NCBI GenBank assembly: GCA_903888765.1
Contig: CAISVF010000039.1
Coordinates: forward strand, 1-62,701
Direction: 5' to 3'
DNA length: 62,701 nt
DNA from: an uncultured Verrucomicrobia subdivision 3 bacterium
Lineage (GTDB): Bacteria; Verrucomicrobiota; Verrucomicrobiia; Limisphaerales; UBA11358
Under the pieces are notes generated by a model. The model was not told where the DNA came from. It worked only from the letters and a program-made list of their open reading frames with translations, and did not search any database. The position numbers and the translations under genes were made by a program. Each line of letters begins with the position of its first letter. The stretch's first letter is position 1. Positions 9,339-17,513 of this stretch are shown piece by piece.

Positions 9339-10175
9339 ATGATTGAAGCTTCCATCCGACGCACCCCGCGCCCCCAGGATATAGTGGGCATGTCCACCCA
9401 GGAACTGCGCGACACTTTTCAAATCTCCCGGCTATTTGTGCCAGGCGAAATCACCGGTCATTTTACCGACCTGGACCGGCTGGTGGTCGGCGGGGTCATG
9501 CCCACGACCAACCCCATCGAACTTCCCAACCATAAGGAAACCGGACGCACCTTTTTTCTGGAACGCCGCGAATTGGGAGCCATCAACGTGGGCGGGCCAG
9601 GCAAAGTGATCGCCGATGGTAAAACCTTCAGTCTCGATAAGCAGGACTGTGTGTATCTGCCCATGGGCACCAAATCAGTGGTGTTCACAAGCAGCAGTGC
9701 GGCGGAACCAGCGAAGTTTTATTTTCTGTCCTGCCCGGCGCATGCCGCCCATCCGGCCGCCATGATGAAAGCCGCCGAGGCCACTCCGGTAGCACTGGGT
9801 TCATTGGAAACCGCAAACAAGCGAACGATTTATAAATTCATCCATCAAGGCGGCATCCCAAGCTGCCAACTGGTGATGGGCCTGACCGCCCTGGAACCCG
9901 GCAGCGTGTGGAACTCCTTTCCACCGCATACCCACTGGCGGCGCACCGAGATTTATTTCTACTTCGACCTCGGCGACAAGGTGCTATCACATTTCTTCGG
10001 GGAACCGACCGAGACACGGCATGTCTTTTTGCACGACGACGAAGTGGCCTTGTCTCCCAACTGGTCCATGCACTTTGGCGTAGGTTCCGGCAATTATAAA
10101 TTCATCTGGGGCATGGCCGGGGAAAACCAGGTGTTCGACGACATGGATGCCGTCAAGCCGCTGGATTTGCGATAA
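9339..10175 (+). CDS. kduI: 5-dehydro-4-deoxy-D-glucuronate isomerase
   Basis: 278 aa, collinear with enterobacterial KduI: DRLVVGGVMP, FFLERRELGAINVGG, HTHWRRTEIYFYF, FIWGMAGENQVFDDMD. Confidence 0.9.
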   Translation: MIEASIRRTPRPQDIVGMSTQELRDTFQISRLFVPGEITGHFTDLDRLVVGGVMPTTNPIELPNHKETGRTFFLERRELGAINVGGPGKVIADGKTFSLDKQDCVYLPMGTKSVVFTSSSAAEPAKFYFLSCPAHAAHPAAMMKAAEATPVALGSLETANKRTIYKFIHQGGIPSCQLVMGLTALEPGSVWNSFPPHTHWRRTEIYFYFDLGDKVLSHFFGEPTETRHVFLHDDEVALSPNWSMHFGVGSGNYKFIWGMAGENQVFDDMDAVKPLDLR

Positions 10176-10204
10176 GATTCATTCCATCAAGAAAAAATTA
10201 AAAT

Positions 10205-10987
10205 ATGAGCACAAAAAGATTCGCCAATAAAGTGGCCATCGTCACCGGCGCCAGCCGGGGTATCGGCCAAGCCATCCTCCTAGCCTTCGCCCGCGAAGGC
10301 GCACACTGCGTCAGCGTGGACATCGGCGACCAGACCGAGACCGGCAAGCAGGCCAAAGCCCTTGGCGCAAAGTACCATGCTTACACCGAGGATTTCGGCA
10401 AGCTTACCCAGAAAGGCGCGGCTGACCTCATCGCCAAAATCATCGCTGACACGGGCCGCGTGGACATTCTCGTGAACAACGCCGGCATCATCCGCCGCGC
10501 GCCCATCGTGGATCATCCGGAAGCCGACTGGAATGCACTGCTGCAAATCAATTTGTCCGCGCCGTTCTTCCTTACGCAGGCTGTGGCCAAGTGGTGGGTC
10601 AGTGGCGGCCGCGAGAAATCCCCCGCCGAAGCGCGTCTGAAGGTCGTCAACATCGCCTCGATGCTGTCATTCCAAGGCGGCATTTTTGTGCCCGGCTACA
10701 CGGCGGCCAAGAGCGGCATCGCCGGCATCACCAAAGCGTTCGCCAACGAACTGGCCAAGGAGCGCTGCAACTTCAACGCCGTCGCTCCCGGTTATGTGGC
10801 CACCGAGAACACCCGGCCGTTGCGCGAAGATGAGAAGCGCAGCGAATCCATTTTGGCCCGGATCCCGGAAAACCGCTGGGCGCAGCCGGAAGACATTGCC
10901 GAACCGATCCTGTTTCTCGCGTCGAAAGAGGCCGACTACATGAACGGCACAATCATGAATGTGGACGGCGGATGGCTGGCACGCTGA
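10205..10987 (+). CDS. kduD: 2-dehydro-3-deoxy-D-gluconate 5-dehydrogenase (SDR)
   Basis: TGASRGIG, NNAG, NIASMLSFQGGIFVPGYTAAKSG, APGYVATENTRPLREDEKRS and the C-terminal DGGWLAR match KduD end to end. The gene lies adjacent to kduI. Confidence 0.88.
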   Translation: MSTKRFANKVAIVTGASRGIGQAILLAFAREGAHCVSVDIGDQTETGKQAKALGAKYHAYTEDFGKLTQKGAADLIAKIIADTGRVDILVNNAGIIRRAPIVDHPEADWNALLQINLSAPFFLTQAVAKWWVSGGREKSPAEARLKVVNIASMLSFQGGIFVPGYTAAKSGIAGITKAFANELAKERCNFNAVAPGYVATENTRPLREDEKRSESILARIPENRWAQPEDIAEPILFLASKEADYMNGTIMNVDGGWLAR

Positions 10988-11143
10988 CCGGGGAGAAATT
11001 CAAGGCCACCACTTGAAGCCGGCTTTTCGATGGGCCTGGCCAGCCAGCAATCCCCCGGCAGAAGCCGGGGTTTTGACCTTTGAAAACATCATCCGGCGCG
11101 GAAGCGGCTTCCGCCTTCCGCGCCGGGTGGATTTTGAGCGAGC

Positions 11144-13036
11144 TTATGGTTTCCAGATCATTTCTGCCACGGTCTTGCCGGCCGGAATGAACGGAATAAC
11201 GTGGGTGGTGTAAGGCACGATAACGTCGAGCACATAAGGCTCATCGGCATCCAACATGCGCTGAATCGCGGCCCGGAGATCTTTTTTATACATCACGCGC
11301 TCGCACTTCACATTGAAGGAATTACAAACGCGGACGTAGTCAGGATATACCTGGGCACGGCTGTCAGGATTGCCGAGGTAGGTATGACCGCGGTTGCCTT
11401 TGTAGAAATTATCCTCCCACTGCACCACCATGCCAAGGTGCTGATTGTTGAGAATAATAGCCTTGATGGGCAGTTTTTCGACATGCGCAGTGGCGAGTTC
11501 CTGGATATTCATCAGGAAAGACCCATCACCATCAATATCAATCACCTGCTTATCAGGATGCGCCACCTTCACGCCAAGAGCCGCCGGCAAACCGTAGCCC
11601 ATTGAGCCAAGCCCGCCGCTCGTGACGAGCTGGCGCGGAAATTTATATTTATACCATTGCGCAGCCCACATCTGGTGCTGTCCCACCCCCGTGGTGATAT
11701 AGGCATCGCCCTTGGTGAGATCGCAGAGGGCTTCAACAACCATCTGCTGGAGAATCACTTCGTTCTCGTGACCACCCAGGTGATCCTTCATGTGATCACT
11801 ATTGGCAATCTCAGAGGTGATGGCGTAGGCGAACGGACCTTTCTGCTTCCATTCTTCAATCTGCGCAAGCCAAGCCGTGTGTTTCTTGGCAATGGGCCGG
11901 GCGGCGATCAATTTATTGAGCCGCGTTAACGCATCCTTGATATCCCCGACGATGGGCAGATTCGCCTGGCGATTCTTATTCAATTCCGAGGCATCAATGT
12001 CCAGATGAACAATCGTGCCATGCTTGCAGAATTCCTCAAACTTGCCCGTCACGCGGTCATCAAAACGCACGCCGAAAGCGAGCAGGAGGTCCGCGCCATC
12101 CTTGATTTTCACCATCGGGTCGGCGGGGTTTTTGCGGTATTCGTATTCGCCGTTGACGGCCCAGTTGGCATAAGCCGCGCCATGCATGCCCAACCAGCGG
12201 AGGGAAAGCGGATGGGTTTCCGGGAATGCCCCGATGCCCATCAGCGTGGTGGTGACGGGAATATTGGCGGCTTCGGCAAATTTTTTGAGTTCCGCCGCCG
12301 CACCGCTGCTGATAATGCCGCCGCCGCAATAAAGCACCGGACGCTCGGCCTTCTCGATGAGACCAATGATCTCATTGAGGGCGATGTCATCGGCTTTCAA
12401 ATCCGGCTGCGTATAGCCAGGCAAACCATTTTTAATCTGCTCCAGCGTGGGCCAGACCGGCTGGGTGCGGGCCTGCTGAATATTCTTGGGAATGTCAATC
12501 ACCACGGGACCGGGCCGGCCGGATTGGGCGATATAAAACGCCTCCTTCACGATGCGCGGCAAATCGTTCACGTCGGTCACCAGATAGCTGTGCTTAACAA
12601 TGGGCAGCGTCAGGCCGATCATGTCTGTCTCCTGAAACGCCCCGCGACCAATCATGCTCTGGTTTACCTGGCCGGTAAGGCAGACCAGCGGGGTGGAATC
12701 CATGTAGGCATCGGCGATAGCGGTGACCAGATTCGTCGCGCCCGGACCGCTGGTGGTGAGACAGACGCCAGCCTTGCCGGTCACGCGGGCATAGCCCTCC
12801 GCAGCGAAGCTGCCGCCCTGCTCATGGCGGGGCAGAATGGTCCGGATTTTTTTGGAAGTGGTGAGCGCCTGATGAATTTCCATGCTGGCACCACCAGGAT
12901 ACGCAAAGATGACCTCGACCCCTTCACGTTCGAGGGCTTGCACCAGGATGTCGCGCCCATACATCAGCGGGCCGACCTCGGCACGGGCGCGGGCGTTCGT
13001 TTTCTTTTTAGCGACAGATTCAGTTGTCTTACTCAT
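11144..13036 (-). CDS. ilvB: Acetolactate synthase (acetohydroxyacid synthase) large subunit
   Basis: ThDP enzyme signatures: GGASMEIHQAL, TSGPGATNLVT, and GLGSMGYGLPAALG...DGDGSF.MN.QEL (ThDP-binding motif). I prefer ATG 13036 (MSKTTESV...). The longest ORF starts at 13075. Confidence 0.9.
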   Translation of the reverse strand: MSKTTESVAKKKTNARARAEVGPLMYGRDILVQALEREGVEVIFAYPGGASMEIHQALTTSKKIRTILPRHEQGGSFAAEGYARVTGKAGVCLTTSGPGATNLVTAIADAYMDSTPLVCLTGQVNQSMIGRGAFQETDMIGLTLPIVKHSYLVTDVNDLPRIVKEAFYIAQSGRPGPVVIDIPKNIQQARTQPVWPTLEQIKNGLPGYTQPDLKADDIALNEIIGLIEKAERPVLYCGGGIISSGAAAELKKFAEAANIPVTTTLMGIGAFPETHPLSLRWLGMHGAAYANWAVNGEYEYRKNPADPMVKIKDGADLLLAFGVRFDDRVTGKFEEFCKHGTIVHLDIDASELNKNRQANLPIVGDIKDALTRLNKLIAARPIAKKHTAWLAQIEEWKQKGPFAYAITSEIANSDHMKDHLGGHENEVILQQMVVEALCDLTKGDAYITTGVGQHQMWAAQWYKYKFPRQLVTSGGLGSMGYGLPAALGVKVAHPDKQVIDIDGDGSFLMNIQELATAHVEKLPIKAIILNNQHLGMVVQWEDNFYKGNRGHTYLGNPDSRAQVYPDYVRVCNSFNVKCERVMYKKDLRAAIQRMLDADEPYVLDVIVPYTTHVIPFIPAGKTVAEMIWKP

Positions 13037-13069
13037 TTTCTGTTTTAGTTGTGGTGGCGCGGCGTGAAT

Positions 13070-13102
13070 AAACAAAAACCCACGACCGTTGCCAGCCGTG
13101 GG
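13070..13102 (-). terminator. Intrinsic terminator (attenuator) in the ilvB 5' leader
   Basis: The minus-strand RNA is cccacggcuggcaacggucguggg followed by uuuuuguuu. It lies 18 nt after the leader-peptide stop and ~35 nt before the ilvB ATG. Confidence 0.6.
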
Positions 13103-13120
13103 TGATTGTTAAATTTACGT

Positions 13121-13192
13121 TCAACAAGCGCCAACGGCATCGCCGACTACGACGACTACCAGAATGACAGCTTGGGTTACGTTTTTCAACAT
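13121..13192 (-). CDS. ilvB leader peptide, 23 aa: MLKNVTQAVILVVVVVGDAVGAC
   Basis: Minus-strand atg ttg aaa aac gta acc caa gct gtc att ctg gta gtc gtc gta gtc ggc gat gcc gtt ggc gct tgt tga. The run Ile-Leu-Val-Val-Val-Val-Val sits directly upstream of the terminator hairpin. The ORF is too short to appear in the supplied ORF track. Confidence 0.55.
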   Translation of the reverse strand: MLKNVTQAVILVVVVVGDAVGAC

Positions 13193-13543
13193 TGTTGAGA
13201 GACTAATCTAATGAGCAACCTGATGGCGTCAAGCCCGTTTTACGGTAATTTTCGGGACGCGGACACCGGAAAAACCCCGAGCATGACCGAGCGAGGGTAC
13301 CAGCCGGATAAAACCGGCCAAACGAACCAGCCAAACAGGTCCCATCCCGCTGGGCAGCCGGATGGTAAATTCACTGCCATGGCCGGGGAACCCACCAGAT
13401 TAAGCCCATCTAGCGATAAAACCATCCGCGAGCAACCCGGGCGCGCTTTCCCTGCCCACCGAATTTCCAGCTTCTGAATAACCAGTGAACAGGCTGCGGA
13501 GATTTTTCAGCAGGAAGTTCTTTTTTTCGTCGCGCGACTCTTC

Positions 13544-15049
13544 ATGCTATGCGGAATGATTGATTCCGTTTCCGACCCCATACCGGGAGCCACCACTGGC
13601 GAAGCCGGGGCTGATTTGAAGAAAACCCGCCGGCAAAAAGGTGAGCGGCGGTCCGCGAGCGCCGTGCCCAGCCTGGACCGGCTGCCGCCCCACGCTCCGG
13701 AGGCGGAACAGGGCGTGCTGGGTTGTGCCTTATTAGACCCCAATCAATGCATTGGGGAATGCATCGAGAAACTCAAGGACGATGGCAAACAGGCATTTTA
13801 CGACCTGCGGCATCAAACAATTTACGAAACGCTGGCGGAAATGTTCAATGCGCAAAAGCCCATTGACCTGATCACCGTGCAGCAAAATTTAAAGGACCGG
13901 CAGCTTTTGGACCAGATCGGTGGAATTGCCTATTTGAGCCAGTTGCAGGATGCCGTGCCCAGCGCCGCCAATCTAAGCTATTATCTGGATATTGTCCGGG
14001 AAAAATATCTCCTGCGGAAACTGATCCAGACTTGCACCGGCGTCGTCAGCCGCGTCTTTGAATACGAAGGGGAGGTCGAGGCATTGCTGGATGAGGTGGA
14101 AAAGGAAATTCTGCGCGTCAACGAGTCGCGCGCGCAGGGGAATATGATACCAATCAACACCCTGGTGCATGAAGCCATTGCCACCATCGAAAACTATTTC
14201 GGCCGCAATGGCCAACTGGGCGGCCTGGCCACCGGATTTGCCGATCTGGATAAAATGACCGACGGACTGCACGGCGGAGAAATGATCATCGTGGCGGCCC
14301 GCCCTTCCATGGGCAAAACCTCCCTGGCCATGAACATCGCAGAGCACGTCGTGATGGAGCTGAAGGTACCCGTGGGAGTCTTTTCGCTGGAAATGAGCGC
14401 GGCCTCACTCATTCTGCGCATGATGTGCTCGCTGGCGCGCGTAAACCTGCGGCAGATACGCGAAGGCTTCATGAGCGAGGCCGATTTTCCGAAATTGACC
14501 AACGCGGCCGGCCGGCTGTCCACGGCTAAATTATTCATTGACGACACGGCGGGGCTATCCATTTTACAACTGCGGGCCCGGGCGCGCAGGATGGCTCAGC
14601 AGCATGGCATCAAGCTGTTTGTCATTGACTACTTGCAACTTCTAAATTCTACTGCGCGGCGAGCGCAAGAAAACCGGCAGCAGGAAATCGCCGATATTTC
14701 CAGCGGCATCAAGGCGCTGGCGAAAGAGCTGAACGTGCCGGTGATTGTGCTGTCCCAGTTGAACCGTGAATTGGAAAAAGACAAGAGCCGCAAACCGCGA
14801 TTGAGCGATTTGCGGGAGTCCGGATCCATTGAACAGGACGCCGATCTGGTGGGACTGCTGTACAAGCCGGACGCAGGCGATGATGAGGACGGTTCCCCGG
14901 CGGAAAGCGACGGGGTGCCGGTGAATTTTCTGATTGCCAAGCAACGTAACGGCCCGACGGGCGATGTCAATTTGACGTTTTTAAAACCATATACGCGCTT
15001 TGAAAGCGCGGCAAAATTCAGCGATGCCGATGTGCCAGGTGGCAGTTAA
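13544..15049 (+). CDS. dnaB: Replicative DNA helicase DnaB
   Basis: PPHAPEAEQGVLGC N-terminal motif, Walker A ARPSMGKTS, LFVIDYLQL, SQLNRELE, RESGSIEQDADLV and IAKQRNGPTG. Confidence 0.95.
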   Translation: MLCGMIDSVSDPIPGATTGEAGADLKKTRRQKGERRSASAVPSLDRLPPHAPEAEQGVLGCALLDPNQCIGECIEKLKDDGKQAFYDLRHQTIYETLAEMFNAQKPIDLITVQQNLKDRQLLDQIGGIAYLSQLQDAVPSAANLSYYLDIVREKYLLRKLIQTCTGVVSRVFEYEGEVEALLDEVEKEILRVNESRAQGNMIPINTLVHEAIATIENYFGRNGQLGGLATGFADLDKMTDGLHGGEMIIVAARPSMGKTSLAMNIAEHVVMELKVPVGVFSLEMSAASLILRMMCSLARVNLRQIREGFMSEADFPKLTNAAGRLSTAKLFIDDTAGLSILQLRARARRMAQQHGIKLFVIDYLQLLNSTARRAQENRQQEIADISSGIKALAKELNVPVIVLSQLNRELEKDKSRKPRLSDLRESGSIEQDADLVGLLYKPDAGDDEDGSPAESDGVPVNFLIAKQRNGPTGDVNLTFLKPYTRFESAAKFSDADVPGGS

Positions 15050-15052
15050 AAA

Positions 15053-17512
15053 ATGAAATCCATCATTCGACCTCTGGGAGTCTCCATGATTTTGGGCTGC
15101 GCGACCGTCGCGTGGGCCCAGAGCACGGGACCGAAAATTGACCGCGTGGAAGTTAAGTTCGTGGGGCCGGCCTCGGTTAGCGAGCAGTTCATCCGCTCCA
15201 ACCTGAAAACCAAGCCGGGCACGACCTATCAGATGGGCCTGACGCAGGATGATGTGCATTCCCTCTACGGAACCGGCCAGTTTTACAACATCCGCGTGGC
15301 GGTGGATCAGACCGATAACGGCGGAGTGGTGCTGACCTACATCGTTCAAGTGCGTCCGCGCATCACCGACATCAAGCTGGAGGGCAACAGCCGGCTTTCC
15401 GATTCCAAGCTGAAAAAGAAAATCACCGTCAAGACGGGCGAAGCCCTGGATGAGCAAAAGCTTTTCACCATCGTACAGGATTTGAAGAAACTGTATGAAA
15501 AGTACGGATTGGCCGACACCCAAGTGAAATACGTGCTGAACCTGGAGGAATCCACCGGGCACGGCAGCGTCACCTTTCACATTGAGGAAAGCCCTAAAGT
15601 TAAAATCAAGGAGGTCAGTTTCCTGGGCGCCTCGGCTTTTCCGCAAAAATCCCTGCGCAGCGAAATCAAGACGCGGCGGCGCTGGGCTTTTTCCTGGCTG
15701 ACCGGCAGCGGCTATTTTGAACAGGATGAATTCGATGCTGATCGTGACCGGCTAAACGACTTCTATCGCAACCACGGATATCTGGATTTTGAAATCAAGG
15801 ACGTCAAACAGGACCATCCGACCACCAATACGATGGCCCTGAAGTTTTACGTTTTTGAAGGCCGGCAATATAAGGTCGGCGACATAAAAATCACCGGCAC
15901 TAAAATATTCTCCGATGCGGAAATTCTCAAGGGCCTGCAATTCATTCATGATTACCAGCATTCCAAGGCCAAACTCGGCTCGCATGCCCTGCCGATGGAT
16001 TCCGGAGACACCTTTACCCCCGACGGCTTAAGCAAGGACACTGAACTGGTTCAGGATTTTTACGGCAGTCGCGGGTACATTGAAATCGCCCAAGGCCACG
16101 CGCTGCGCGTTAACCGGGTGCCCAACGTCGAAACCGGCACGATGGATCTGGAGTTTGTCGTGGAAGAGAGCCAGAAATCCTACGTTCAAAAAATCGAAAT
16201 CCGCGGCAACCTGAAAACCAAGGATAAAGTGCTGCGCCGCGAACTGGCCATCTCCCCCGGCGAGATCGTGGACATGGTGCGCGTGAAGATCAGCAAACAA
16301 CGCCTGGAAGGCCTCCAATATTTTGAAAAAGTGGACATTCGTCCCGAGCCGACCGACCCCGTAATTCCCGGCCGGAAAAATCTGGCCGTCAACGTGGAAG
16401 AACGCAGCACGGGGAATTTCACGGTGGGAGCTGGTTTCAGTTCCGTGGATGCTTTGGTGGGCTACGCCGAGGTTTCCCAGCAGAATTTCGATCTGTTTCA
16501 TCCGCCCTATTTCACCGGCGGCGGACAGGCCGCCCGCGTGCGCGTGCAGATCGGCACGCAGCGGCAGGATTATGAAATTTCCTTCAGCGAACCATGGTTT
16601 CTGGATCGCAAACTGAAATTGGGTGTGGACCTCTACCGGCACCAGTTGAACTTTGAAAGTCCGAACAACATTTACGATGAAACCCGCACCGGGGCGAAGC
16701 TCAGCCTCACCCGCGCACTCGGCAGCGACTTCCTCATCGGCAGCGTCCATTATGGGATTGAGGACGTGGGTATTTCCCTTAACAGCGGCTGGCACAACCG
16801 GCTTCCCAACATAGCGCCCACTCCGACCGATGCGCGCAACGTACCCGACGCCATTCTCAAGGAAGTCGGGGATCATTTCTACCAGCGCATTGGCACATCG
16901 CTGGCCTACGATACGCGGAACAGCACCCAGTTGCCCAACCACGGCCAGCGTACCGAACTGGCTGGCGAAATAACCGCTGGTGACAAGACTTATTACAAGA
17001 TTGACCTGACCTCGGCCTGGTATTTCCCCGGCTTCTTCAAGGGGCATGTATTGGAAGTCGGCGGACGCGGCGGCGTGACCGACAGTCTGGCCGGCGGCGA
17101 CGTGCCGTTTTACGACCGCTATTATTTGGGAGGTCTCTATTCCCTGCGTGGTTACAAATTCCGCGATGTGGCGCCGCGGGAAAGCTTCGACCCCACAGCT
17201 CCGAATGTCGCCAATGAGCCTATCGGAGGCGACAGCTACTGGTTTGGTTCGCTGGAATACAGTCTGCCGATTTTCGAGAAAGATGGTGGAGTTGGCCTGC
17301 GATTTGCCATGTTTTACGATATTGGGGCCGTTAGCACGTCACCCTACTCTTTCCAAACCAGCTACAGCGACAATTGGGGCGCAGGCATCCGCCTGAACAT
17401 TCCCCATCTCGGGCCCTTGCGGCTGGATTACGGCATTCCCATTACCCACGACAAAAACAATAGCGACAGCGGCCAGTTCCAATTCGGCGTTGGCTTTGAA
17501 CGTCCTTTTTAA
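15053..17512 (+). CDS. bamA: Outer membrane protein assembly factor BamA (POTRA repeats plus Omp85 barrel)
   Basis: 819 aa with a signal peptide, five POTRA-like repeats (I..I.F.G......L) and the barrel C-terminus ...LRLDYGIPI...FQFGVGFERPF. Confidence 0.9.
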   Translation: MKSIIRPLGVSMILGCATVAWAQSTGPKIDRVEVKFVGPASVSEQFIRSNLKTKPGTTYQMGLTQDDVHSLYGTGQFYNIRVAVDQTDNGGVVLTYIVQVRPRITDIKLEGNSRLSDSKLKKKITVKTGEALDEQKLFTIVQDLKKLYEKYGLADTQVKYVLNLEESTGHGSVTFHIEESPKVKIKEVSFLGASAFPQKSLRSEIKTRRRWAFSWLTGSGYFEQDEFDADRDRLNDFYRNHGYLDFEIKDVKQDHPTTNTMALKFYVFEGRQYKVGDIKITGTKIFSDAEILKGLQFIHDYQHSKAKLGSHALPMDSGDTFTPDGLSKDTELVQDFYGSRGYIEIAQGHALRVNRVPNVETGTMDLEFVVEESQKSYVQKIEIRGNLKTKDKVLRRELAISPGEIVDMVRVKISKQRLEGLQYFEKVDIRPEPTDPVIPGRKNLAVNVEERSTGNFTVGAGFSSVDALVGYAEVSQQNFDLFHPPYFTGGGQAARVRVQIGTQRQDYEISFSEPWFLDRKLKLGVDLYRHQLNFESPNNIYDETRTGAKLSLTRALGSDFLIGSVHYGIEDVGISLNSGWHNRLPNIAPTPTDARNVPDAILKEVGDHFYQRIGTSLAYDTRNSTQLPNHGQRTELAGEITAGDKTYYKIDLTSAWYFPGFFKGHVLEVGGRGGVTDSLAGGDVPFYDRYYLGGLYSLRGYKFRDVAPRESFDPTAPNVANEPIGGDSYWFGSLEYSLPIFEKDGGVGLRFAMFYDIGAVSTSPYSFQTSYSDNWGAGIRLNIPHLGPLRLDYGIPITHDKNNSDSGQFQFGVGFERPF

Positions 17513-17513
17513 G

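Noticed and set aside
13211-13477. 88-aa ORF in the ilvB-dnaB divergent intergenic region.
   Set aside because: The translation is low-complexity and Pro/Gly/Thr-rich, with no motifs and no ribosome-binding site. The region is more likely promoter or leader DNA.
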